Shown here: in pieces, positions 1-9,389 of the stretch
Layout: every line of letters begins with the position of its first letter
Position numbering within the stretch: the first letter of the stretch is position 1
NCBI GenBank assembly: GCA_050010555.1
Contig: JBEKKV010000001.1
Coordinates: 36,525-100,524, forward strand
Length of the DNA stretch: 64,000 bases
Direction: 5' to 3'
DNA from: Dehalococcoidia bacterium
GTDB taxonomy: Bacteria; Chloroflexota; Dehalococcoidia; DSTF01; JALHUB01
The notes under the pieces: model-generated
Told to the model about the DNA's origin: nothing
What the model saw: the letters and a program-made list of their open reading frames with translations, nothing else
The model's database searches: none
Translations under genes and position numbers: made by a program

Positions 1-453
1 CGGCTGGTACCCGGTTACGAGGCGCCGGTCAACCTGATCTACTCGGCACGCAACCGCAGCGCCGCCATCCGAATCCCCGTTTACACCGACAACCCGCGGA
101 CCAAGCGCATCGAATACCGGCCGCCGGACAACACTTGCAACCCGTACCTGGCGTTTGCGGCGATGCTCATGGCCGGCCTCGATGGGATGGAGAACAAGAT
201 CGACCCGGGTTCACCGCTGGACAAGAACACCTATGATCTGAGCCCGGAAGAGGCGGCCAAGATCCAGACGGTGCCCGGCTCGCTAGAAGAGGCGATCGAC
301 GCTCTGGAGAAGGACCACGCGTTCCTGCTGAAGGGCGGCGTGTTCACCCAGGACGTAATAGACGTGTGGATCGAATACAAGCGGGAGCGCGAGATCGACC
401 AGCTCCGGCTGCGGCCACACCCGTACGAGTACTACATGTACTTCGACGTCTAG
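1..453 (+). CDS. glnA: Glutamine synthetase type I (GSI-beta-like), 3' part; 5' end lies outside the window
   Basis: Frame 1 from base 1 reads [26 protein letters not shown]...[27 protein letters not shown]; DKNTYDL matches the adenylylation-site motif (E. coli NLYDL); ends [11 protein letters not shown]. Confidence 0.95.
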   Translation, partial: RLVPGYEAPVNLIYSARNRSAAIRIPVYTDNPRTKRIEYRPPDNTCNPYLAFAAMLMAGLDGMENKIDPGSPLDKNTYDLSPEEAAKIQTVPGSLEEAIDALEKDHAFLLKGGVFTQDVIDVWIEYKREREIDQLRLRPHPYEYYMYFDV

Positions 454-481
454 GAGGCGTCGTTCACTCCGAACTGAACTC

Positions 482-510
482 TTGACAGCCACATTACGGC
501 CCATTAGGCT
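482..510 (+). promoter_or_regulatory. Sigma70-type promoter of the second glnA
   Basis: TTGACA (482-487), 17 nt spacer, TAGGCT (505-510); SD GAGAGGTG before ATG 572. Confidence 0.75.
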
Positions 511-571
511 TTAGCCAGTGGCCCGCCAGATGGCGGGCTGCTGGTTGCGAATCCCAATAGAGAGGTGAGAC

Positions 572-1903
572 ATGGCCGCAGAACGCGACAAAGACTACGT
601 TCTCCAGACCTGCAAGGCGCAGGGCATCAAGTTCATCCGCCTCTGGTTCACGGACATCCTGGGTTCTCTCAAGAGCTTCACGATAACGGTCGAGGAGCTT
701 GAGGGCGCGCTGCAGGAGGGCATGGGCTTCGACGGCTCGTCGATTGAAGGGTTCGCCCGCATCGACGAGAGCGACATGGTTGCGATGCCCGACCCGTCGA
801 CCTTCACCATCATACCCTGGCGGCCGCGCGAGCAGGGCGCTGCCAAGATGTTCTGTGACGTTATACGCCCGGACGGCACGCCCTTCGACGGCGACCCGCG
901 CTACGTGCTGAAGCGGAACATCAAGCGCGCCGCCGACCTGGGCTTCACCTACTACGTCGGACCGGAGCTGGAGTACTTCTATTTCAAGAGCGTCGATTCG
1001 CCGCAGCCGCTCGACCAGGGCGGGTATTTCGATCTCACGCCCCTGGACGTTGCCACCGACCTTCGCCGCGACACAATCCTGTACATGGAGGCGATGGGCA
1101 TCGGCGTCGAGTACTCTCACCACGAGGTGGCGCCCAGTCAGCACGAGATCGACCTTCGCTACACGGACGCCCTCTCCATGGCCGACGCGGCGATGACGTA
1201 TCGCCTCGTCGTCAAGGAGGTTGCGCTGGCGCACGGCGTTTATGCCACCTTCATGCCGAAGCCTGTCGCGGGACAAAACGGCTCCGGCATGCACGTGCAC
1301 CAGTCGCTGTTCAAGGGCAAGAGCAACGCGTTCTTCGAAGAGGGCGACAAGTACCACCTCTCGAAGCTCGCGAAGAACTACATCGCCGGGCTGCTGCATC
1401 ACGCGCGCGAGATCACGCTCATCACGAACCAGTGGGTTAACTCCTACAAGCGCCTGGTGCCCGGCTACGAGGCGCCATGTTACATCACGTGGGCGCGACG
1501 GAACCGATCGGACATGGTGCGGGTGCCGGAATACAAGCCGGGCAAGGAGATGGCGACGCGCATCGAGTACCGCTCGCCGGACCCGGCCTGCAACCCGTAC
1601 TTGTGCTTCGCGGTCATGCTGGCCGCCGGCCTGGAGGGGATCGAGAAGGAGTACCCGCTGGGAGAGCCGGTGGAGGAGAACGTTTTCCACCTGACGGCGG
1701 ACGAGCGCAAGGCCCGCGGGATCGGCGTGCTGCCGGGCAGCCTGGAGGAGGCGATAGAGGTGACGGAGGGAAGCGAGCTGGTGCGCCGGTGCCTTGGCGA
1801 CCACGTCTTCACTTCGCTCATCGCCAACAAGAAGATGGAGTGGGACGCCTGGCGGATGCAGGTGACGAACTACGAGCTGGAGCGCTACCTGCCCATCCTG
1901 TAG
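572..1903 (+). CDS. glnA: Glutamine synthetase type I (GSI-alpha-like), 443 aa
   Basis: [77 protein letters not shown]. Confidence 0.95.
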   Translation: MAAERDKDYVLQTCKAQGIKFIRLWFTDILGSLKSFTITVEELEGALQEGMGFDGSSIEGFARIDESDMVAMPDPSTFTIIPWRPREQGAAKMFCDVIRPDGTPFDGDPRYVLKRNIKRAADLGFTYYVGPELEYFYFKSVDSPQPLDQGGYFDLTPLDVATDLRRDTILYMEAMGIGVEYSHHEVAPSQHEIDLRYTDALSMADAAMTYRLVVKEVALAHGVYATFMPKPVAGQNGSGMHVHQSLFKGKSNAFFEEGDKYHLSKLAKNYIAGLLHHAREITLITNQWVNSYKRLVPGYEAPCYITWARRNRSDMVRVPEYKPGKEMATRIEYRSPDPACNPYLCFAVMLAAGLEGIEKEYPLGEPVEENVFHLTADERKARGIGVLPGSLEEAIEVTEGSELVRRCLGDHVFTSLIANKKMEWDAWRMQVTNYELERYLPIL

Positions 1904-1997
1904 CGGGAGTGCGCGCGGGCAAGATCCTCCTGAGGCGGACAAGTGCCCGCGCTACGCGGACTCAGGGAAGGTCTCGCGTTAACGATGAAATAATGGT

Positions 1998-2035
1998 GAG
2001 GCCGGGGACCCAAAAGGTCGCCGGCCTTCGTTTTT
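1998..2035 (+). terminator. Probable intrinsic terminator after the glnA pair
   Basis: Stem AGGCCGG-G-GACC/CAAAA/GGTC-G-CCGGCCT followed by TCGTTTTT. Confidence 0.65.
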
Positions 2036-2057
2036 GAAGCGAAATCGTCCGGGAGCT

Positions 2058-3557
2058 TCAGCGGTCGCCGAGGGAAACGGTGGACGCGGGGCCCCCGCCA
2101 CCGGGCTGCTGCGTCGTCGACGTCGGGAAGACGGCGTGCACGGCGCTGTCGGTCGCTTTGAACAGCGGCTGCGGGTACAGCCCGACTACGAACACGCCGA
2201 TGACGAGCGCCAGGATGACCGCATTGACGCCGGCCGGGACGCGCAGTCGCAGCTTGTCCTCCGCCTCGCCGACGTACATCTGCCGGATGACCAGCAGGTA
2301 GTAGTAGAGCGATATCAGGCTGTTCACGACGGCCAGCGCCGCCAACCAGAGGAAGCCTTCCTTGGCGACGGCCTGGAAGAGCAGGAACTTGGTCGCGAAG
2401 CCGGCGAACAGGGGCATGCCCGCCAGCGAGAACAGGGCGATGGTGAGGGAGAGGGCCAGGAAGGGCGCCCGCTCAGCCAAGCCGCGGAAGTCCTCGATTT
2501 CGTCCTTGCCGGTCGCGTTGTAGAAGGCGATGACCGCCGCGAAGGCCGCCAGGTTGGTGATGATGTAGCCCGTCATGTGCAGAACCAGCGTGCTCGCCGT
2601 CGCTTGCGAGAGGGCGGCGATGCCCATCAGCATGAAGCCGGCCTGCCCGATGCTGGAGTAGGCGAGAAGTCGCTTGATGTTGTGCTGCTGGATTGCGACG
2701 AGGTTGCCCAGCGTCATGCTTGCCGCAGCCAGCGCTGCGATCATCCACTGCCAGTCGCCGAGCACCGGCAGGAACGCCTCGGTAAAGAGGCGCAGCAGGA
2801 GCGCTATGCCCGCGGCCTTCGACGCCGCCGACAAGTAGGCGGTGATCGGCAGCGGCGCGCCTTCGTAGGCGTCCGGCGCCCACATGTGGAAGGGCACGGC
2901 CGACACTTTGAAGCCGATGCCGGCGATAACCAGCACGAGCCCCACGAGCATCGCCGGGCCGAAGCTGCTGACGCCGGCGCTGAACGCCGCGTTGATGTCG
3001 ACGTAGGAGGTCGAGCCGGCGACGCCGTAGATGAGGCTGAGGCCGTACAGGAACAGGGCTGAGGAGAAGGCGCCAAGCAGCATGTACTTCATGCCGCCTT
3101 CGTTCGACTTCGCGTCCAGCTTGGCGAAGGAGACGAGCACGTAGAGGCTGAAGCTCAATAGCTCCAACGAGACGTAGGCGGCGATGAGGTCGCGGGCGGC
3201 GGCCATATAGATAGCGCCGATGGTCGAAAGAATGAGGAGCCCGTAGTACTCGCCGGCGTTTCGCAGGTTGGCCCGCACGAAGTGCGCCGACGCCAGGCAG
3301 ACGACGGCGGTGATGGAAATGAAGAGGACGCGGAAAAACGTCGTATAGTTGTCGACCTGGACGAGGCCGGCGAAGTCCAGCGGCCCTTTGTTAACATAAA
3401 ACAGCGAGACGACGAGGATGCCGCCGAGACCCGCCGCCGAGACGTATGGTAGATAGGTACGGGCGCGTCGCGGGTCGTAGAGGCCGAGGGCGACGACGAC
3501 TGCCGCCAGCGCCGCCAGCAGGTATTCCGGGATCAGCAGCGAGTAGTCCAGGTTCAT
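2058..3557 (-). CDS. nuoN: NADH-quinone oxidoreductase subunit N
   Basis: Hydrophobic antiporter-like subunit, LELLSFSLYVL, EGGMKY, FKVSAVPFHMWAPDAYEGAP, KRLLAYSSI; ATG 3557 overlaps the nuoM stop (ATGA). Confidence 0.93.
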   Translation of the reverse strand: MNLDYSLLIPEYLLAALAAVVVALGLYDPRRARTYLPYVSAAGLGGILVVSLFYVNKGPLDFAGLVQVDNYTTFFRVLFISITAVVCLASAHFVRANLRNAGEYYGLLILSTIGAIYMAAARDLIAAYVSLELLSFSLYVLVSFAKLDAKSNEGGMKYMLLGAFSSALFLYGLSLIYGVAGSTSYVDINAAFSAGVSSFGPAMLVGLVLVIAGIGFKVSAVPFHMWAPDAYEGAPLPITAYLSAASKAAGIALLLRLFTEAFLPVLGDWQWMIAALAAASMTLGNLVAIQQHNIKRLLAYSSIGQAGFMLMGIAALSQATASTLVLHMTGYIITNLAAFAAVIAFYNATGKDEIEDFRGLAERAPFLALSLTIALFSLAGMPLFAGFATKFLLFQAVAKEGFLWLAALAVVNSLISLYYYLLVIRQMYVGEAEDKLRLRVPAGVNAVILALVIGVFVVGLYPQPLFKATDSAVHAVFPTSTTQQPGGGGPASTVSLGDR

Positions 3558-5062
3558 CGCACCGCCGGCATCGAGAGTACAGCATGGGAGATGCGGTCGA
3601 TGAACGGCGCCGGCCACGTCCCCATGAACAGCAGGAAGAAGATGAGCACGGCGCCCGCCGCCTGCTCAAGGCGCGTCATCTCGACCAGCTTATCCCAGCG
3701 CACGTTGAACGGGCCGAAGAAGGCCATGGCCAGCATGCGCAGGATGTAGGCCGCCGTTACCGCCGCGCCGAAGACCGCCAGGGCGCCGAATTCCGGATAG
3801 GTGCGGAACGTCCCGACAAATATGTGGAACTCCGCCACGAAGCCCGATAGCCCGGGCAACCCCAGCGACGCCAATCCGGCGATGGCGAAGAAGGCCGTGA
3901 AGCGCGGCATCTTGTTCGCCAGGCCGCCGAAGAGAGACATGTCGCGGACGTGCGCCTGGTCGTAGAGGGCGCCGACCATGGCGAACATGAGGGCCGTCAT
4001 GACGCCGTGGGAGAACATCTGGAGGACGGCGCCGTTCACGCCGATGGGGTTAAGCGTCGCGAGGCCCATCAGGACGTAGCCCATGTGGCTGACGCTGGAA
4101 TAGCCCACCATATACTTGAAGTCGCGCTGCGCCATCGCCGAGATCGAGCCGTAGATGACGTTCGTTGTCGCCAGGACCATGACGGCCGGCATCCAGAACT
4201 GCGCGCCCTCAGGCAGGAGCTGGATGCCGAGGCGGATGATCCCGAAGGCACCCAGCTTCATCAGGACGCCGGCGTGGAGCATGCTGACGGCGGTCGGGGC
4301 AGCGACATGGCCATCCGGCGACCAGGTGTGGAACGGCCACAAGCCGGCCAGCACGCCGCAGCCGATGACGAACACGGGGAAGACCGCCTTCTGGAAGCCC
4401 TCCGAGAAGTGGACGTTGTAGAGGGCCGGCAGGTCGAAGGTGCCGATGTTCGCCTTGACGAAGATGGCGAAGATGCCGATGAAGATTAGCACGCTGGCGG
4501 CCACGAGGTAGAGCGTCAGCTTCATCGCGCCGTATTCTTTCGTGCGGACGAAGGTCGGGAAGCGGCTGCTGGAGCCCCAGACGGCAATGAGCAGGAACAT
4601 CGGCAGGACGGCGAGCTCGTAGAAGAAGAAGAAGAAGAACAGGTCGAGCGAGATGAACGTGCCGAAGACGCCCGCCACCAGCGCGAAGAAGAGGACGAAG
4701 AAGTCCTTGTTGCGATAGTCGATCTTCCAAGAGATGAGAACTCCGGTGAACGCGACAATGCCGTTGAGGAGCACCATCGGCGCGGAGACGCCGTCGACGC
4801 CCAGGTGCAGCGTTATGCCGTTGGCGGCCAGGAAGCCGACATTCTCCAGCCAGGGCCAGCGGCCCTCGAACTGGATGACGCTGTCGCCGCTGCCGAACTG
4901 GTAGGCGAAGAAGACGTACAACGCCAGTCCAAGCGTCGCTGCCGCAGACGCCGCAGCGATGTAGCGCACGACGTTCTTGTGCTGCGCCGGCACCGCCAAC
5001 AGGACCAGCGACGTCGCCAGCGGGAGAACGATGAACGGCAGGAGGATGTAGTTATGCGGCAT
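3554..5062 (-). CDS. nuoM: NADH-quinone oxidoreductase subunit M
   Basis: GVDGVSAPM, FFFFYELAVLPM, WPFHTWSPDGHVAAPT, LMKLGAFG, KYMVGYSSVSHMG, MFSHG. Confidence 0.93.
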   Translation of the reverse strand: MPHNYILLPFIVLPLATSLVLLAVPAQHKNVVRYIAAASAAATLGLALYVFFAYQFGSGDSVIQFEGRWPWLENVGFLAANGITLHLGVDGVSAPMVLLNGIVAFTGVLISWKIDYRNKDFFVLFFALVAGVFGTFISLDLFFFFFFYELAVLPMFLLIAVWGSSSRFPTFVRTKEYGAMKLTLYLVAASVLIFIGIFAIFVKANIGTFDLPALYNVHFSEGFQKAVFPVFVIGCGVLAGLWPFHTWSPDGHVAAPTAVSMLHAGVLMKLGAFGIIRLGIQLLPEGAQFWMPAVMVLATTNVIYGSISAMAQRDFKYMVGYSSVSHMGYVLMGLATLNPIGVNGAVLQMFSHGVMTALMFAMVGALYDQAHVRDMSLFGGLANKMPRFTAFFAIAGLASLGLPGLSGFVAEFHIFVGTFRTYPEFGALAVFGAAVTAAYILRMLAMAFFGPFNVRWDKLVEMTRLEQAAGAVLIFFLLFMGTWPAPFIDRISHAVLSMPAVR

Positions 5063-6961
5063 CTACGTCCCCACTATGAGCGCAGCTATCGCGAGGACGA
5101 CCACGCCGGCGGCCATCAGCAGGGCGTAGTTCGGCATCTTGCCGGTCTCGTGGAATTTCAGCAGGAAGCCGCCGAAGCGCGTGACGTCGGCGGGCCCGTT
5201 GACACCGGTGTCGTTGACGACCGCGCGGTCGTACCAGGAAACGATGCCCGCGACGACCAGCACGACGTGATTAATGGCCCACTGGTAGGCGTCGTCCATG
5301 TAGTACTTGTTGCGGAAGAGCGTGTAGAGTTGCGGCGCGGCCTCGCCTGCCACCTTCGCGCGCTCCGCCGTGCCGCTCCAGATGTAATAGCCGCCGGCGA
5401 TTCCGAGGAGCACCAGGATGATGGACGAGGCGGTGACGCCGGCGTTGATCCGGAACGCCTCCGGCGCGGTCGTGAACAGGAACTGGCCGAAGCCGCCGGG
5501 GAAGCCCATCAGCTTTCCGACGCCCGTGAATACCACGAATCCGGCGAACACCGTCAGCACGCTCAGCAGGAGCAGCGGCAGACGCATAGCCAGGCCGGGC
5601 TCGTGCGCGTGCTCGTAGACATGCTCGTCGCGCGGCTTGCCCGTGAAGACCAGCAGGACCAGCCGCGTCATGTACAGCGCCGTGATGAGCACGCTTGCGA
5701 GGACCAGCAGGTATATGAAGAAGTTGTGGTTCTCGAAGGTCGTCAGAAGCAGCTCATCCTTGTTCCAGAAGCCGGCCAGCGGGAAGAGACCGGCCATCGA
5801 CATGGCGCCGAGCGTGAAGACCGTCGCTGTGACCGGCATCTTCCTCGCCAGCCCGCCCATCTTCGTCACCTCCAGCTCGTCGGTCGCGTGGTAGACCGAG
5901 CCCGAGGAGAGGAAGAGGAGCGCTTTGAAGAAGGCGTGCGTGAACACGTAGAGCAGCGCCACCGTCACCGAACCGGCGCCGAGGGCGATGAACATGAGCC
6001 CGAGGCTGTTCAGCGTGGAGTAGGCGACGACGCGCTTGATGTCCGTCATTACCAGGCCCATCGTCGCGGACATGAACGTCGTGATTAGGCCGACGCCGGT
6101 GACGGCGATGAGCGTGTTCGGCACCTCCTGGAAGAGGGGCATCGTGCGCGCCACCAGGTAGACGCCGGCGACGACCATCGTCGCGGCGTGGATGAGGGCG
6201 CTGACCGGCGTGGGGCCTTCCATGGCGTCGGGCAGCCAGACATGGAACGGGAACTGCGCCGACTTGCCCATCGCGCCGAGCAGAATGAGCAGGACGGAGG
6301 CGGTCAGATAAGCGTGGTCGATCTGGCCGTTGCGGGCGGCGTTGAAGATGGTCTGCATGTCAAAGGTGCCGACGGAACGATAGAGCAGGATGATGCCAAT
6401 GAGGAGGCCGACGTCGCCCAGGCGCGTCGTGATGAACGCCTTCTTGGCAGCCTCCGCCGCGGAGCGCCGCTCGTGGTAGTGGCCGATGAGCAGGAACGAG
6501 CAGAGGCCAACGCCTTCCCAGGCGAAGTAGAGCAGCAGGAAGTTGTCGGCGAGGACGAGCGTCAGCATGGCCGCCGCAAACAGCGATTGCACGGCGAAAT
6601 ACCAGCCGTAGCGCTTGTCGCCCTTCATGTAGCCGAGCGAGTAGACCTGCACCATCAGGCTGATGAAGCTGACGACCGCGACCATCACGGCCGCGAGCTG
6701 GTCGACCTGGAAGCCGATGCGCAGCTCGAAGCTGTCGAACTTCACCCACTGGTGGCCGGAGTGGACCGCCGAGAACTGGCCACCGCCGGCCAGCGCGCTC
6801 GTCAGGTCCTTGAGGACGAAGATGAACACGACGAACGAGGCGCTGATGGCTAGCACCGACAGCCAGTCGCCCTTGCGCGGCAGGTACTTGCCGAAGAGGA
6901 TGAGAATCGCGGCGGTAGCGGCCGGAATGGCGGGAATGAGCCATGCCTGCTCCATGCCCAT
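5063..6961 (-). CDS. nuoL: NADH-quinone oxidoreductase subunit L
   Basis: WEGVGLCSFLLIG, KKAFITTRLGD, GKSAQFPFHVWLPDAMEGPTPVSALIHAATMV, HAFFKALLFL. Confidence 0.95.
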   Translation of the reverse strand: MGMEQAWLIPAIPAATAAILILFGKYLPRKGDWLSVLAISASFVVFIFVLKDLTSALAGGGQFSAVHSGHQWVKFDSFELRIGFQVDQLAAVMVAVVSFISLMVQVYSLGYMKGDKRYGWYFAVQSLFAAAMLTLVLADNFLLLYFAWEGVGLCSFLLIGHYHERRSAAEAAKKAFITTRLGDVGLLIGIILLYRSVGTFDMQTIFNAARNGQIDHAYLTASVLLILLGAMGKSAQFPFHVWLPDAMEGPTPVSALIHAATMVVAGVYLVARTMPLFQEVPNTLIAVTGVGLITTFMSATMGLVMTDIKRVVAYSTLNSLGLMFIALGAGSVTVALLYVFTHAFFKALLFLSSGSVYHATDELEVTKMGGLARKMPVTATVFTLGAMSMAGLFPLAGFWNKDELLLTTFENHNFFIYLLVLASVLITALYMTRLVLLVFTGKPRDEHVYEHAHEPGLAMRLPLLLLSVLTVFAGFVVFTGVGKLMGFPGGFGQFLFTTAPEAFRINAGVTASSIILVLLGIAGGYYIWSGTAERAKVAGEAAPQLYTLFRNKYYMDDAYQWAINHVVLVVAGIVSWYDRAVVNDTGVNGPADVTRFGGFLLKFHETGKMPNYALLMAAGVVVLAIAALIVGT

Positions 6962-7001
6962 CGCTAGCTGCCCCTCTCGCTGGTCGAAACGGCCGTCGCT
7001 G

Positions 7002-7310
7002 CTACCATTTCAGGTCGTGCACCTCATCGACGTTCGCTGTCGTGCGGTTGCGGAAGATACGCAGGACTATCGCCAGCGCCAGCCCGACCTCGGCGGCGGC
7101 GATGGTGATGATGAAGATGGCGAAGATGATGCCGGCGAATCGCTGCGGCGACGTGTAGACGGCGAAGGCGACCATGTTGATGCTGGCGGCGTTCAGCATC
7201 AGCTCGACCGACATCAGGATCAGCACGGCGTGCCTTCGGACGAGGACGCCGTAGACGCCGAGCGAGAAGAGGATGGCGCTGAGAACGAGGAAGCTCTGCA
7301 GCGGGATCAC
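7002..7310 (-). CDS. nuoK: NADH-quinone oxidoreductase subunit K
   Basis: 102 aa, LMSVELMLNA, AAAEVGLALAIV; operon position. Confidence 0.92.
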   Translation of the reverse strand: MIPLQSFLVLSAILFSLGVYGVLVRRHAVLILMSVELMLNAASINMVAFAVYTSPQRFAGIIFAIFIITIAAAEVGLALAIVLRIFRNRTTANVDEVHDLKW

Positions 7311-7816
7311 ACGCCGTCCTCCTCCTCATCTTCCGAGCGCGCCAGCACTATCGCGCCGACGAGGGCGACCAGCAGGACCAGCGAGGAGACCTCGAAGGGA
7401 AGCGCGTACGTTCGGAACAGCGCGTCGCCGATGGCGTTGAAGTTGATCAGCGCTGGCGAATCAGCCTTGCGTGGCCAGGTCGTCAGGAAGATGGTCGCGA
7501 TGAGCACGCCCATCAGGCTCAGGCCGGCAACGACGGCGAACGGCTTCTGGGCGCCGTCCAGCTCCGGCACCAGCTCGCGGGCGCGCGTCAGCATGAGCGC
7601 GAACAGCAGCAGCACCGCGACGCCGCCGGCATAGAGCAGCACCTGAACTAGCGCCAGGAACTCGCTGGCGAGCAGGATGTACAGCGCCGCAACTGCCAGC
7701 AGGGTGAAGACGAGCGAGATGGCGGCGTACGCCACCTTGCCAGTCGCGACGACGCCCAGGGCGAAGAGCACGGTGAGCCCGGCGATGAAGTAGAACAGCA
7801 CTTCCGTTACGGTCAT
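7307..7816 (-). CDS. nuoJ: NADH-quinone oxidoreductase subunit J
   Basis: From ATG 7816 (MTVTEVLFY); FLALVQVLLYAGGVAVLLLFALML, YALPFEVSSLVLLVALVGAIVLAR. Confidence 0.92.
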   Translation of the reverse strand: MTVTEVLFYFIAGLTVLFALGVVATGKVAYAAISLVFTLLAVAALYILLASEFLALVQVLLYAGGVAVLLLFALMLTRARELVPELDGAQKPFAVVAGLSLMGVLIATIFLTTWPRKADSPALINFNAIGDALFRTYALPFEVSSLVLLVALVGAIVLARSEDEEEDGV

Positions 7817-8277
7817 GGCGCCACCCAGGGTGTGAATCCGCCATCGCGGGAGCGGGCCAGCAACTGCTCCAGGTCCATCACCAGCTCGCGGCGGTCGTAA
7901 CGCGACATCTCGTGGCCGGACCAGGTGTTGTTCATGGCGATCGCGCTGAAGTTGCACGTCTCGACGCAGATGCGGCAGCGGATGCAGCGCCCATAGTCGA
8001 GCAGGAACTGGTCGACTATCTTGCGCCGCTTGCTTTGCCCTTCAGCCGCCAGCGGGTTGTCCTTCATGATGACGGAGATGCACTCCGTCGGGCAGGCGCG
8101 CTCGCAGGCGTGGCAGCCGGTGCAGAACGGCTCGCCGACCTCGGCGTCCCAGAGGAGAAGGGGGTAGCCGCGCTCGCGCTCCGGTAGCTCGCGGTGCGCC
8201 GTAGGGTACTGGATGGTCACCGGCTTGCGGACCATCGTCCGGAAGGTTTCGGCCATGCCCCGCAGCACTCCAAGCAT
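7813..8277 (-). CDS. nuoI: NADH-quinone oxidoreductase subunit I (2x[4Fe-4S])
   Basis: From ATG 8277; VTIQYP, CTGCHACERACP and CIRCRICVETC cluster motifs; C-terminal part of the 7813..9069 ORF. Confidence 0.92.
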   Translation of the reverse strand: MLGVLRGMAETFRTMVRKPVTIQYPTAHRELPERERGYPLLLWDAEVGEPFCTGCHACERACPTECISVIMKDNPLAAEGQSKRRKIVDQFLLDYGRCIRCRICVETCNFSAIAMNNTWSGHEMSRYDRRELVMDLEQLLARSRDGGFTPWVAP

Positions 8278-9389
8278 CAGACGGCGCTCCTGGCGACGAT
8301 TCGGGACGGGGCGCCCAGCGGCAGCCGCGTGTAGACGACGTAGCCGGCGACAAGCAGCGTGACGCCGGAGGTCACGAGGAACGTCCAGTCCGGCCAGTGA
8401 TAGACCAGGACCAGGCCGTTGAGGAATATCTGCGCGAACGCCAGCGGCAACAGGAGCTTCCAGCAAAACGACATGAGCTGGTCGACGCGGACGCGCGGGA
8501 ACGTGGCGTTTATCCACATAATGACGAGAATCAGCGTCATCGTCTTCCCGAACATGAGGACGAGCTGCCAGGGCCAGCCCCACTTCAGTCCCAGCGGCCA
8601 GTCCCAGCCGCCGAGAAAGATGAGCGACGCGAGGACGCAGAGCGCGAACATGTTCGTGTACTCGGTGAGGGCGTAGAGGATGCTCCAGCGGATGCCGCTG
8701 TACTCGATCCAGGGCCCGCCGGCAACCTCCGACTCCGCGGCCGCGACGTCGAACGGGCGTCGCGTCAGGTCCGAGACCGCCGCCGCCATGAAGAGGAAGA
8801 AGCCCAGCGGCTGCCAGATGATGAACGGCACACGCCCCTGGTCGCGGACGATGGCGACGAGATTGAGAGAGCCGGCAAGCATCGACAGCGCCAGCACGGC
8901 GAGGACCAGCGGCACTTCGTAGCTGATGAGCTGCGCCGCCGTGCGCATGGCGCCGATGAGGGCGTATTTGCTGTCGGAGGCCCAGCCGGCGACGATATAG
9001 CCGAGTACGGTGAGGCCGGACACGGCGAGGAAATAGAGCAACCCAAGGTCGAGGACGCGGACGCTCCATCTGGCGGTGAAGGGGAGGACCAGCAGTGTCA
9101 GAAAGACGGGTACGAAGGCGAGGAAGGGCGCCAGCTCGAAGGCGAGGCGGTCGGCGCTGGCGGGACGGAGGTCTTCCTTCAGCAGGATCTTCATCATGTC
9201 GGCGATAGGCTGGAAGACGCCGTAGGGGCCCGTGCGCATGGGGCCGAGGCGCATCTGGATGCGGCCGATGAACTTCCGCTCGACATAAGTCAGCGCCAGG
9301 ACGACGAACACCATCAGGCCGAGGACGACCAGGAGGCGCCAGAAAGCGTCGACCCAGACGTTGTCGAAGAAGGCGCCTAGCTGGCTCAT
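8277..9389 (-). CDS. nuoH: NADH-quinone oxidoreductase subunit H
   Basis: From ATG 9389; YVERKFIGRIQMRLGP, QPIADMMKILLKE, GAMRTAAQLISYEVP, PFDVAAAESEVAGG, TFPRVRVDQLM. Confidence 0.93.
   Translation of the reverse strand: MSQLGAFFDNVWVDAFWRLLVVLGLMVFVVLALTYVERKFIGRIQMRLGPMRTGPYGVFQPIADMMKILLKEDLRPASADRLAFELAPFLAFVPVFLTLLVLPFTARWSVRVLDLGLLYFLAVSGLTVLGYIVAGWASDSKYALIGAMRTAAQLISYEVPLVLAVLALSMLAGSLNLVAIVRDQGRVPFIIWQPLGFFLFMAAAVSDLTRRPFDVAAAESEVAGGPWIEYSGIRWSILYALTEYTNMFALCVLASLIFLGGWDWPLGLKWGWPWQLVLMFGKTMTLILVIMWINATFPRVRVDQLMSFCWKLLLPLAFAQIFLNGLVLVYHWPDWTFLVTSGVTLLVAGYVVYTRLPLGAPSRIVARSAV

Noticed and set aside
455-571. Glutamine (glnA-motif) riboswitch suggested by CGTTCA upstream of glnA
   Set aside because: No GGAAG/GAAGGAACG E-loop elements or three-way junction, and the CGTTCA lies upstream of the predicted promoter
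494-1942. Long antisense or alternate-frame ORFs (e.g. 494..1942 -, 4805..6088 +, 17870..19684 +, 28663..30444 +, 32221..33471 -)
   Set aside because: Shadow ORFs expected in GC-rich coding DNA; Arg/Gly/Ala-rich with no recognisable motifs, and lying on clear genes
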